Of a stretch of DNA of 64,000 bases, positions 14,095 to 26,500 are shown piece after piece. Below the pieces are notes generated by a model that saw nothing but the letters and a program-made list of their open reading frames with translations, was not told the origin of the DNA and made no database searches. Numbering within the stretch: position 1 is the stretch's first letter; every line of letters begins with the position of its first letter. The translations under genes and the position numbers were made by a program. Location of the stretch: assembly GCA_002269645.1 (NCBI GenBank), contig NIVC01000491.1, forward strand, positions 186,001 through 250,000. The letters run 5' to 3'. The DNA is from Macrostomum lignano. Its lineage: Eukaryota.

Positions 14095-14300
14095 TTTGAA
14101 GAACTTGCCAATTGGTCAATAACAGAGTCAAAATTAAGTTAGTTGGACAAGCCTTGATTGATAAAGTTTAATTGATATAGAGTGGAGAAACTTCTCTCAG
14201 CAGTTGCTGTTGGGACCAGTAGTGTGGTAAAAAAATTCCAAACAAAAGGCTGCTAGTGCCTTAGTAGCAGTTCCAGGTTGTTCTGCAAGCTTGATTTCAG
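14095..14300 (-). pseudogene. Relic of a hAT transposase C-terminal dimerisation region
   Basis: Minus strand reads LLVPTATAERSFSTL...LNFDSVIDQLA, matching the hAT PxTxxxxERxFS motif; contains in-frame stops. Confidence 0.5.
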
Positions 14301-14482
14301 TCCAGCGATTCCTCCATTGACTACGTAAATTCTAAAGAGATAACTAAATGGTTTGGCTCCAACAAGTCCAATGAGTAAAACTATGGCTTCTTTGGTAATT
14401 GGCATGAGAAGCATTGGTGCGGAAGAGAGGCACAAGATTCTATCCTAGGTTGCAACGTTGCAGTAGAAATTCATTTACATGT

Positions 14483-14892
14483 AGGCGCCGCAAGCACTCA
14501 TTTTGGCGCCGCAGGCACTCATTTTAGCGCCGCAGCCACTCATTTTAGCGCCGCAGGCACTCATTTTAGCGCCGCAGGCACTCATTTTGGCGCCGCAGGC
14601 ACTCATTTTAGCGCCGCAGCCACTCATTTTAGCGCCGCAGGCACTCATTTTAGCGCCGCAGGCACTCATTTTAGCGCCGCAGGCACTCATTTTAGCGCCG
14701 CAGGCACTCATTTTAGCGCCGCAGGCACTCATTTTGGCGCCGCAGGCACTCATTTTAGCGCCGCAGCCACTCATTTTGGCGCCGCAGACACTCATTTTAG
14801 CGCCGCAGGCACTCATTTTGGCGCCGCAGGCACTCATTTTGGCGCCGCAGGCACTCATTTTGGCGCCGCAGGCACTCATTTTAGCGCCGCAG
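14483..14892. repeat. 21-bp minisatellite (GCGCCGCAGGCACTCATTTT[A/G])n upstream of LAMTOR1
   Basis: About 19 near-identical units. Confidence 0.95.
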
Positions 14893-15038
14893 GTGCACAA
14901 CCTGTACATTTTAAATCATGGAAATATCCATTTTACTAATAGATATTAACAAAAACTCAAAGATTCACCTTCTCCTTTTTCAGATCTGTAGCAACTCACA
15001 AAGCATTTGGTCATTTCTCATTTGATACTTTTTTATCA

Positions 15039-16789
15039 ATGGGTGGCTGTTGCTGCAAAGACACTGTATCGGAGTCGGATGAAAGTGACAGACTCCTTGT
15101 TAATCCAGTCTCCGACGAAGAGGATTTGCGATTGTAAGCTTTGTTTAAGAATCTATTTGTACTATTTCCTAAGTTTTGATCCCCTACCTACATCGCAATG
15201 AGATCTACATGGTATGTTAATAATTTTACCTGCTAGATCCTGGGATCCCAATCCCCATCAAGATCATGGGATCAACATCCCCATCCAGATCATGGGATCA
15301 CAATCCCATCCAGATCATGGGATCACAATCCCATCCAGATCGTGGGATCACAATCCCATCCAGATCATGGGATCACAATCCCATCCAGATCATGGGATCA
15401 CAATCCCATCCAGATCGTGGGATCACAATCCCATCCAGATCATGGGATCACAATCCCATCCAGATCATGGGATCACAATCCCATCCAGATCATGGGATCA
15501 CAATCCCCATCGAGATCATGGGATCAACATCCCCATCCAGATCATTGGATCACAATCCTCATCGAGATCATGGGATCAACATCCCCATCCAGATCGTGGG
15601 ATCCCAATCCCATCCAGATCATGGGATCACAATCCCCATCCAGATCATGGGATCACAATCCCATCCAGATCGTGAGATCACAATCCCCATCCAGATCATG
15701 GGATCACAATCCCCATCGAGATCATGGGATCAACATCCCCATCCAGATCATTGGATCACAATCCCCATCTAGATCGTAGGATCACAATCCCCATCCAGAT
15801 CATTGGATCACAATCCCCATCTAGATCGTGGGATCACAATCCCCATCCAGATCGTGGGATCACAATCCCCATCCAAATCCTGGGATCACATTCCCCATCC
15901 GAATCCTGGGATCACAATCCCCATCGAGATCCTGGGATCAACATCCCATCCAGATCCTGGGATCACAATCCCCATCCAGATCATGGGATCAACATCCCCA
16001 TCCAGATCATTGGATCACAATCCCCATCTAGATCGTGGGATCACAATCCCCATCCAGATCGTGGGATCACAATCCCCATCCAAATCCTGGGATCACATTC
16101 CCCATCCGAATCCTGGGATCACAATCCCCATCGAGATCCTGGGATCAACATCCCATCCAGATCCTGGGATCACAATCCCTATCCAGATCATGGGATCCCA
16201 ATCCCCATCCAGATCATGGGATCCCAATCTCCATCCAGATCATGGAATCCCAATCCCCATCCAGATCATGGGATCCCAATCTCCATCCAGATCATGGGAT
16301 CCCAATCTCCATCTTGCTTTCAGCAACCGTCACTCCGGCTACGGCGCTATTAACGGCCTTGACGGCAATTCAGGGATCGGCGATCCACTTATACAGCATC
16401 AGCGACCTCTGAATCATCAACAGCCAGACCTGCAGGCGGCCGTGTCGCAGATCCTTGAATCTGTAGCCGGCCAGGTTATCGACGTGGCCTCTGCTGGTCA
16501 CGCAGGCGCCCCTCAGGCTCTTGAACAGCAGGAATATCTGCAGCGATCCAGGGCGTTTATCAGAGCCGGCAACGATGGTCTGAGAGGACACCAGCCGCTT
16601 AGGCGGGCAGTGCCATCGGTGCCCGCTAATTCTGCAAATTCACTTGTGGCATTGCTGTCAGGTAGCAGCAGCCACACTGCCGACCTGCAGCTGGTTGCCG
16701 GGGCTGCTCAAGCCCTGGCCTACGCGGTAGCCGCTTTGAATGTCAAATCACCAGATGACCTTTTAGTACAGTTTGGTATGCCTCAGTAG
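15039..16789 (+). CDS. LAMTOR1: Ragulator complex protein LAMTOR1 (p18), 2 coding exons, 186 aa
   Basis: Exon 1 is 15039-15133 (MGGCCCKDTVSESDESDRLL: myristoylation/palmitoylation N-terminus and an acidic dileucine motif) with a GTAAGC donor. Exon 2 is 16324-16789 after CTTTCAG; phase 2 joins correctly. Segments AVSQILESVAGQVIDVASA...EQQEYLQRSR and DLQLVAGAA...NVKSPDDLLVQFGMP match human LLSSILAKTASNIIDVSAA...EQHEYMDRAR and DLQQVSRIA...RVDAKEELVVQFGIP. Confidence 0.9.
15236..16312. repeat. 25/26-bp minisatellite (GATCATGGGATCACAATCCC[C]ATCCA)n filling the LAMTOR1 intron
   Basis: About 40 units, ending about 10 bp before the splice acceptor. Confidence 0.95.
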
Positions 16790-16804
16790 GTTAAGGTATT
16801 TTAC

Positions 16805-17560
16805 CCTAGGATAAGATCGTTTTTGGGATTTAAATCCTCATTAATCTACGGCTATAGATACCTAGTGTCTTTATGATCATTTTGGGGATTTAAATCCTCA
16901 TTATTCTATAGTTAGAGATCCTCAGTGTCTTTATGATCATTTAGGGGATTTAAATCCTCATTATTCTTTGGCTAGAGATCCCCAGTGTCTTTATGATCAT
17001 TTTGGGTATTTAAATCCTCATTATTCTATGGCTAGAGATCCCCAGTGTCTTTAGGGGATTTAAATTTTCAATTATTCTATGGCTAGAGATCCCCAGTGTC
17101 TTTATGATCATTTAGGGGATTTAAATCCTCATTATTCTTTGGCTAGAGATCCCCAGTGTCTTTATGATCATTTAGGGGATTTAAATCCTCATTATTCTCT
17201 GGCTAGAGATCCCCAGTGTCTTTATTATCATTTAGGGGATTTAAATCCTCATTATTCTTTGGCTAGAGATCCCCAGTATCTTTATGATCATTTAGGGGAT
17301 TTAAATCCTCATTATTCTATGGCTAGAGATCCCCAGTGTCTTTAGGGGATTTAAATTTTCATTATTCTATGGCTAGAGATCCCCAGTGTCTTTATGATCA
17401 TTTAGGGGATTTAAATCCTCATTATTCTATGGCTAGAGATCCCCAGTGTCTTTATGATCATTTAGGGGATTTAAATCCTCATTCTTTGGCTAGAGATCGC
17501 CAGTGTCTTTATGATCATTTTGGGGATTTAAATCCTCATTATTCTATGGCTATAGATCCC
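16805..17560. repeat. ~60-bp minisatellite directly after the LAMTOR1 stop codon
   Basis: About 12 units of TTATGATCATTTAGGGGATTTAAATCCTCATTATTCTATGGCTAGAGATCCCCAGTGTCT, containing the palindrome GGATTTAAATCC. Confidence 0.95.
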
Positions 17561-17937
17561 ACGTGTCCAAGTGTCAATTAAGTGTATTTATAATAAAAAA
17601 ATAATGAACAATAATTTTGTCTTCCAATTGTTTTCTATTTTAGAAATAGAGTTTGTTGACTTTATCAGTCACAACCATGTTGTTTAGAATTAACACTCTC
17701 TATGTGCCTTTCGTAGAAATCAAAAACTTTCTGGGCGCTTATTTAATCATTTCCTTCGCGTGTTTTTTGTGTTTACAGAGCTCATCGAACGATGTCTAAA
17801 AATATTTAGTAACTTAATTGTTGTCCGTCTCTTTCACTGTTTAAGTACTTTAGTTTTACCCGGAAAATTTCTTTTTAACTTTACCTAATTACCTTTATTT
17901 TTATCGAAATTGTTCACGATAAAAACGGCACACCTAG

Positions 17938-18850
17938 CCTGAGAGTCGGTCATACACCCACCCTGAGAATCGGTCATAAACCCACCATGAAAATCGGTCA
18001 TAAACCCACCCTGAGAATCGGTCATAAACCCACCATGAGAATCGGTCATAAACCCACCATGAAAATCGGTCATAAACCCACCATGAAAATCGGTCATAAA
18101 ACCACCATGAGAATCGGTCATAAACCCACCATGAAAATCGGTCATAAAACCACCATGAGAATCGGTCATAAACCCACCATGAAAATCAGTCATAAACCCA
18201 CCATGAAAATCGGTCATAAACCCACCATGAAAATCAGTCATAAACCCACCCTGAGAATCGGTCATAAACCCATCCTGAGAATCGGTCATAAACCCACCCT
18301 GAGAATCGGTCATAAACCCACCCTGAGAATCGGTCATAAACCCACCCTTAGAATCGGTCATAAACCCAACCTAAGAATCGGTCATACACCCACCCTGAGA
18401 ATCGGTCATACACCCACTCTGAGAATCGGTCATAAACACACCCTGAGAATCGGTCATAAACCCACCCTGAGAATCGGTCATAAACCCACCCTGAGAATCG
18501 GTCATAAACCCACCCTGAGAATCGGTCATACACCCACTCTGAGAATCGGTCATAAACACACCCTGAGAATCGGTCATAAACCCACCCTGAGAATCGGTCA
18601 TAAACCCACCCTGAGAATCGGTCATACACCCACTCTGAGAATCGGTCATAAACACACCCTGAGAATCGGTCATAAACTCAACCTAAGAATCGGTCATAAA
18701 CTCAACCTGAGAATCGGTCATTCACCCACCCTGAGAATCGGTCATAAACCAACCTGAGAATCGGTCATTCACCCAACCTGAAAATTGGTCATAAAAACCA
18801 CGTACCATGAAAATCGGTCATGAAACCCACCCTGAGAGTCGGTCATTAAG
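17938..18850. repeat. 24-bp minisatellite (CTGAGAATCGGTCATAAACCCACC)n
   Basis: About 37 units. Confidence 0.95.
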
Positions 18851-19542
18851 TCCATGGAGAAAAATTTATTGTTCATATTTAATTTTTCTAATTCCTTTTT
18901 ACCTACGTGAGCCAGGAACTCAGAATTACGAAACTTCACGCAGTGTTTTGAAGTACAAGAATACAAAAGCACATTTTCTTTATTAATTTGTTTCTCCGCC
19001 TGCTCATATTGCACTGACTGCATTTCAGTATTTATTAAATTTTCGATCAATGACTAATTTTATGCAGCTTAATTACAGTTTTTTATGTATCCTTTATTTC
19101 TGGTTGCTTTAACAGTAAGATACTTTGTTAAGTAGTGCTGATTGCTTCTGAGTTCTGAAATTCCCAAAATTATCAATGAAATCAGTTGTTATTCTGGAAT
19201 CTCTTCATCAATAATTGTTCTTCATCAGCTCATTAAATTTTGTGTATTTTTTGTAAAATGCTTTTGTTTAAATCAGCGCCCACCAAGTTAAAAAATTATT
19301 TGTTTTTTTTCTTTAGCGTCGCTCTCGTTACGATTGTGAATTTGTGGTATTGCATAATTGATTGCTTTATTGTTAGGGGGATTTGCGCTTTTTCTGTAAG
19401 TAAACTACATTGCACGGCTAGCTCAGACTGTTTTTGACGACCAACGTTGTTTTCTATGAATAATGACAATTTATGCTCGGATTGCTTTTGGCATCTCGTT
19501 GGTTGCTAAATTTGATTTCACAGACAAATACGAATTTTTTTA

Positions 19543-19682
19543 GACTTAAGGACAGGGATTGTCATAGGGCATAGACTTCAGGACAGGGATTGTCATAGAC
19601 TTCAGGACAGGGATTGTCATATAGACTTCAGGACGGGAATTGCCATAGACTTCAGGACAGGGATTGCCATAGACTTCTAGGA
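19543..19682. repeat. Short 24-bp array (GACTTCAGGACAGGGATTGCCATA)n, same family as 21030-22745
   Basis: 5-6 units identical in sequence and orientation to the large intronic array. Confidence 0.9.
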
Positions 19683-19702
19683 ATCCCAGAATCAATTTAG
19701 CA

Positions 19703-20205
19703 AACTGACAGACGAATACAGACTATTACAGCCAACTCTGACCGACAAATACAGACTATTACAGCTAACTCTGACAGACAAATACAGACTATTACAGCTA
19801 ACTCTGACAGACAAATACAGACTATTACAGCTAACTCTGACAGACAAATACAGACTATTACAGCCAACTCTGACCGACAAATACAGACTATTACAGCTAA
19901 CTCTTACAGACAAATACAGACTATTACAGCCAACTCTGACCGACAAATACAGACTATTACAGCTAACTCTGACAGACAAATACAGACTATTACAGCTAAC
20001 TCTGACAGACAAATACAGACTATTACAGCTAACTCTGACAGACAAATACAGACTATTACAGCCAACTCTGACCGACAAATACAGACTATTACAGCCAACT
20101 CTGACAGACAAATACAGACTATTACAGCTAACTCTGACAGACAAATACAGACTATTACAGCTAACTCTGACAGACAAATACAGACTATTACAGCCAACTC
20201 TGACT
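19703..20205. repeat. 33-bp minisatellite (ACAGACTATTACAGCTAACTCTGACAGACAAAT)n
   Basis: About 15 units. Confidence 0.95.
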
Positions 20206-20552
20206 TCAGAATCGAATTGAAAGTTTGATTTGCAATTGCTTAATGTTTACTAATTTTAGTATGCACAATATACGAAGTTTACAGACAAACAAACAGTAAC
20301 AAGAAGTGACATTAAAGTACATCCATGCAATTTGAGCGACATAGCAAAGCCAATTTACTTGAAGCGATGTACTTACTAATCAGTACTAATAGTGCACACG
20401 AAAAGCAATTTAAATTTGGCGCTTAAAGTATATATTAGTAGAGCAATTTAATAGCATGCAACAGTTATAATGAGTAAATTTGTTTAAATCTTGCGTCCAG
20501 TCGCTTTCTAAGAAAGTCGAGTACAGAAAGTACTTTATATAGAGTACTTTAA

Positions 20553-23500
20553 TTAGACGAAACTGGCACCCGCTGTCGGGTCAAACGTCGGTCTCGATTG
20601 CTGCTGCTGCTGCTGTCTCCGACTCTGCTGCCGTCGACTCCTCGACGGTGTCATCAGGCTGCCGCCGACCCCGGCGGTGGAGGAGGAAGGACAGCCGCCT
20701 TCGATTCCGGTCGATGATTCGACAATTCCACCGTCGGCCTCGCCTCGACGCAGAGTTGCCGTCGCTGCGGCGGTGGCGCCGGCGTTTGCCTGGTGGGCGA
20801 TCTGGTAATAGGTGTGCTGATGAGGCTGATGAGGCTGGAGGGTCTCCGAGCGGCTCTGCAGTCGCAGCACTTGATAGTCGTAATTACTGTGACCCGGTTT
20901 GGTCATCATCGTTGCCGACTGCGGCTTGCCTGACCCGATGAAGGAATTTGTGTTTAAGCTTTTGCTGCTGGCTACTGATAGTAATGCTCTTTGAATATAT
21001 TGCCCAAACACGTCTCATAGAGTTAGAGAAATTCAGGACAGGACTTTTGAAGTTTCAGGACAGGGATTGCCATAGACTTAAGGACAGGGATTGTCATAGA
21101 CTTAATGACAGGGTCATAGACTTCAGAACAGGGATTGCCATAGACTTAAGGACAGGGATTGTCATAGACTTAATGACAGGGTCATAGACTTCAGAACAGG
21201 GATTGTCATAGACTTCAGGACAGGGATTGCCATAGACTTCAGGACAGGGATTGCCATAGACTTCAGGACAGGGATTGTTATATAGACTTCAGGACAGGGA
21301 TTGCCATAGACTTCAGGACAGGGATTGCCATAGACTTCAGGACAGGGATTGCCATAGACTTAAGGACAGGGATTGTTATATAGACTTCAGGACAGGGATT
21401 GTCATAGACTTCAGGACAGGGATTGCCATAGACTTCAGGACAGGGATTGCCATAGACTTCAGGACAGGGATTGCCATAGACTTAAGGACAGGGATTGTCA
21501 TAGACTTCAGGACAGGGATTGTCATAGACTTCAGGACAGGGATTGCCATAGACTTCAGGACAGGGATTGCCATAGACTTAAGGACAGGGATTGTCATAGA
21601 CTTCAGGACAGGGATTGTCATCGACTTCAGGACAGGGATTGTCATAGACTTCAGGACAGGGATTGCCATAGACTTCAGGACAGGGATTGCCATAGACTTC
21701 AGGACAGGAATGCCATAGACTTCAGGACAGGGATTGTCATAGACTTCAGGACAGGGATTGTCATAGACTTCAGGACAGGGATTGCCATAGACTTCAGGAC
21801 AGGAATTTCCATAGACTTCAGGACAGGGATTGTCATAGACTTCAGGACAGGGATTGTCATAGACTTCAGGACAGGGATTGTCATAGACTTCAGGACAGGG
21901 ATTGCCATAGACTTCAGGACAGGGATTGCCATAGACTTCAGGACAGGAATGCCATAGACTTCAGGACAGGGATTGTCATAGACTTCAGGACAGGGATTGT
22001 CATAGACTTCAGGACAGGGATTGTCATAGACTTCAGGACAGGGATTGCCATAGACTTCAGGACAGGGATTGCCATAGACTTCAGGACAGGGATTGTTATA
22101 TAGACTTCAGGACAGGGATTGCCATAGACTTCAGGACAGGGATTGCCATAGACTTCAGGACAGGGATTGCCATAGACTTCAGGACAGGGATTGTTATATA
22201 GACTTCAGGACAGGGATTGTCATAGACTTCAGGACAGGGATTGCCATAGACTTCAGGACAGGGATTGCCATAGACTTCAGGACAGGGATTGCCATAGACT
22301 TCAGGACAGGGATTGCCATAGACTTCAGGACAGGGATTGTCATACGTCGTAGACTTCAGGACAGGGATTGTCATAGACTTCAGGACAGGGATTGCCATAG
22401 ACTTCAGGACAGGGATTGCCATAGACTTAAGGACAGGGATTGTCATACGTCGTAGACTTCAGGACAGGGATTGCCATAGACTTCAGGACAGGGATTGCCA
22501 TAGACTTCAGGACAGGGATTGCCATAGACTTAAGGACAGGGATTGCCATAGACTTCAGGACAGGGATTGTCATACGTCGTAGACTTCAGGACAGGGATTG
22601 CCATAGACTTCAGGACAGGGATTGCCATAGACTTCAGGACAGGGATTGTCATACGTCGTAGACTTCAGGACAGGGATTGCCATAGACTTCTGGACAGGGA
22701 CTGTTATATAGACTTCAGGACAGGGATTTTCATAGACTTCTAGGAACCCTCGAACCAAATGACTGACTGACTGACTGACAATTGTACTTTTGATAAATGA
22801 AAATCTAAAATAAGTTGTTTTGAGCACATGGCTCTGACGGAAAAATCAGAAGCTGCAGATCATTTTTAATTAAATATAACTTTAATCAGTCAAATTAATT
22901 AGCAATTTTCGTACCTTTGTTAGCAAACGGATGAAGTGGCGTCCCGTCAATGGAGTGAGCCAGAGTTGGGATCAAGTTATAGTGCTGGAATGTTAAATTT
23001 GACTATTTGTTTTATCAATTCCTTCCAATTGTGCCACCCTAATTATTATCTATTCAATTTAAATGCTCTTGACTGAATTTACCTCTGCAGTGTCAGCTCC
23101 AGCTGGTTCTCCGCAACGAAGTGTGCCCACTGAAATTTGAGATTTGGGAGCAAAAGTATCTGTATGGGGAGTTTCGAGCTGCTGTGAGGGAGAGAGAGGA
23201 GATATGAAGGGAGAGGGAATGAGAGATGAAGGAAGAGAGAAGAGAGATGAAGGGAGAGAGAAGGAGATATGAAGGGAGAGGGAATGAGAGATGAAGGAAG
23301 AGAGAAGAGAGATGAAGGGAGAGAGAAGGAGATATGAAGGGAGAGAGAATGAGAGATGAGAGGGAGAGAGAATGAGAGATGAAGGGAGAGAGAGAAGGAG
23401 ATATTAAGGGAGAGATAAAAGAGATGAAGGGAGAGAGAAGGAGATATGAAGGGAGAGAGAAGAAGAGATGAAGGGAGAGAGAAGAAGAGATGAAGGGAGA

Positions 23501-26500
23501 GAGAAGTGAGATGAAGGGAGAGAGAAGGAGATATGAAGGGAGAGAGAAGAGAGATGAAGGGAGAGAGAAGGAGATATGAAGGAAGAGAGAAGAGAGATGA
23601 AGGGAGAGAGAAGGAGATATGAAGGAAGAGAGAATGAGAGATTAGAGGGAGAGAGAATGAGAGATGAAGGGAGAGAGAAGGAGATATGAAGGGAGAGAGA
23701 AGAGAGATGAAGGAAGAGAGAAGTAGAGATGAAGGGAGAGGGAATGAGAGATTAAGGGAGAGAGAAGGAGAGATGAAGGGAGAGAGAAAAAGAGATGAAG
23801 GGAGAGAGAAGGAGAGATGAAGGGAGCGAGAAGGAGATATGAAGCGAGAGAGAATGAGAGATGAGAGGGAGAGAGAACGAGAGATGAGAGGGAGAGAGAA
23901 CGAGAGATGAGAGGGAGAGAGAGGGAGACATGAGAGGGAGAGAGATGGAGAGATGAGGGGAGAGAGAGATGGAGAGATGAAGGGAGACAGAATGTCTGAT
24001 AGAGAGGGAGGAAAGACGAAGGAATGAAGAAGGAGAGAAGCAGGGAAACAGGAGAGTGTGGAGAAGCCACTGCCCATTGAGTCTCAGCGGGAACGAATCA
24101 CATGCCAGTCTTGTCAATTGAATTGTTAAATCATCAAATAATGAAATGATGTGAAAGTTGGAAAAAAGAATGTTAAAAAATGATTCAAATCTGCTAGCAA
24201 GGTGACAAAGTAAAAAAAACAGCTGGCTAGTGGCTAAGCGTCGATAATTAATAAAGTGAGACAATGCAGTGCAACCTCATTCAACCTCTGTCAAAATGAG
24301 TCATAAATCTTTCCAAAAGCAGACTCAAGATGGAGCACACAAAAACGGGTCTGGTTGAAATAGATAAGAAAGTAGCAATCCGATTGGAACAGAGAAGGAA
24401 GCTGGAGAGGATGAGGATCTTATAGCATATCGATCAATAGAGAGGAACTCGTAAGTTACTATATCATCGCCACTCTACCGACGAGATGGCTCTGGTCCAT
24501 GTAGTAGGATCTCTAGCTTCGAAAACATCTCCCTATCTCCCTATCTCTCTCTCATCTCTCATCGAATCGAGAGAGAGTTTAAATTCGAGTTCTCATAAGC
24601 TCCGGACAAGGAGCAGGCCAAAAGCAAGTTCGACCGCAATGGAGGGCCGGGGCGGTGTCGGTCGAATGACTGACTTTTTCCTGACTCGCTTGAGTTGAGG
24701 CCTTTTTGAGGAGGGGAGGCTTCGAAGGGTCTCTGGTTGGCCGGTCGATATATCGAGTGGGACGGGTGAATGGCCCGTCCCTCACTTTACTTGGCCTGTC
24801 TGTCAGTCAGAGGCCGCTTCTGCGGCTGCTCTTCCTGCGGCTGGCGACTCCGGCCATCACAGTTTTGTCCGGGTCTCAGCTTCATCCCGGATCTTGCTGG
24901 GATTCCGTTTGCTGAATTCCCTCCGTTCTCACTCCTCTGATCTCTCTCCTCTGATCTCTCCCCTCTATTCTCTCCCCTCTGATCTCTCCCCTCTGATCTC
25001 TCTCCTCTGATCTCTCTCCTCTGATCTCTCTCCTCTGATCTCTCCCCTCGGATCTCTCCCCTCTGATCTCTCTCCTCTGATCTCTCTCCTCTGATCTCTC
25101 TCCTCTGATCTCTCCCCTCTGATCTCTCCCCTCGGATCTCTCCCCTCTGATCTCTCTCCTCTGATCTCTCTCCTCTGATCTCTCTCCTCTGATCTCTCCC
25201 CTCTGATCTCTCCCTCTGATCTCTCCCCTCGGATCTTTCCCCTCTGATCTCTCTCCTCTGATCTCTCCCCTCGGATCTCTCCCCTCTGATCTCTCCCCTC
25301 TGATCTCTCCCCTCTGATCTCTCCCCTCTTCTCTCCTCTCTATTCTCTCCCCTCTATTCTCTCTCCTCTCATCTCTCCCCTCTCATCTCTCCCCTCTCAT
25401 CTCTCCCCTCTATTCTCTCCTCTCTATTCTCCCCCCTCTATTCTCTCCCCTCTATTCTCTCCTCTCTATTCTCTCCCCTCTATTCTCTCCTCTCTATTCT
25501 CTCCCCTCTATTCTCTCCCCTCTATTCTCTCCCCTCTATTCTCCCCCCCTCTATTCTCTCCCCTCTATTCTCTCCCCTCCGTTCTGCCAAAGAAATAGAC
25601 TCTAATCCAGTCATTTAAAAATGCCTTATTACAAGCACAACGATTACGATTTAATCTGAATACTTAATCTGTTTTAAGCAATGTCAATTGAAAAACGATT
25701 TAACATCATAAGAAGACGGCGCCCAGTTTATGGCTATATTGGATAGAAGCTTGAGCCTCAACAGAATAGGAACGGAACAAGCCATCATTATCATGCAAGG
25801 ATGCAGGGGAATCTCTATAAGAAGACTGGGTATTGTACGAGCGTAGAAGATTTTAAAGATAAGCGAATCAGCCAACCCGCAGACAACTACTTGGTACCGC
25901 CGGACGCACGCAGAACTCCAGCTGTCGCAATAATGATGATAATAACCCGACCCCACATATTATAATATATGCGCAGGTTGGTAGATTACCATAAAAATTT
26001 TAAGGATTTAAGTCAATAAACTGCTGTTTGATTTGCGTCTTTACGTTCTAGTATAGTGTACGTAGGGTGCTGGCTAGTGGAGTGGAGGATTAAGGAACCG
26101 ATATGATAGGTTCTAAATTTTCTGCCTTTCTTAGCTGGATAAAATTGCGATGAAAAAAGTTAGCAGTAGAGAAGTAGACAATAAGGAGAGAAGTAGACAT
26201 GAGGAAGAGAAGTAGACAGTAAGGAGAGAAGTAGTCTGGTAGAAGAGAAGTATACAGGAGAGAGAAGAAGACAGGAAGGAAAGAAGTAGACAAGTGGGAG
26301 AGAAGTAGACAGGAAGGAGAGTAGTAAACAGGAAGGAGAGAAGTAGCCAGGTAGGAGAGAAGTAGACAGGAGGGAGAGAAGTAGACAGGAGGGAGAGAAG
26401 TAGACAGGTGGGAGAGAAGTATACAGGAGGGGGAGAAGTAGACATGAGGAGGAGAAGTAGACAGGAAGGAGAGAAGTAGACAGGAAGGAGAGAAGTAGAC

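Noticed and set aside
15803-16789. 328-aa ORF as a single-exon gene
   Set aside because: The N-terminal part is intronic satellite; only 16324-16789 is coding, as LAMTOR1 exon 2.
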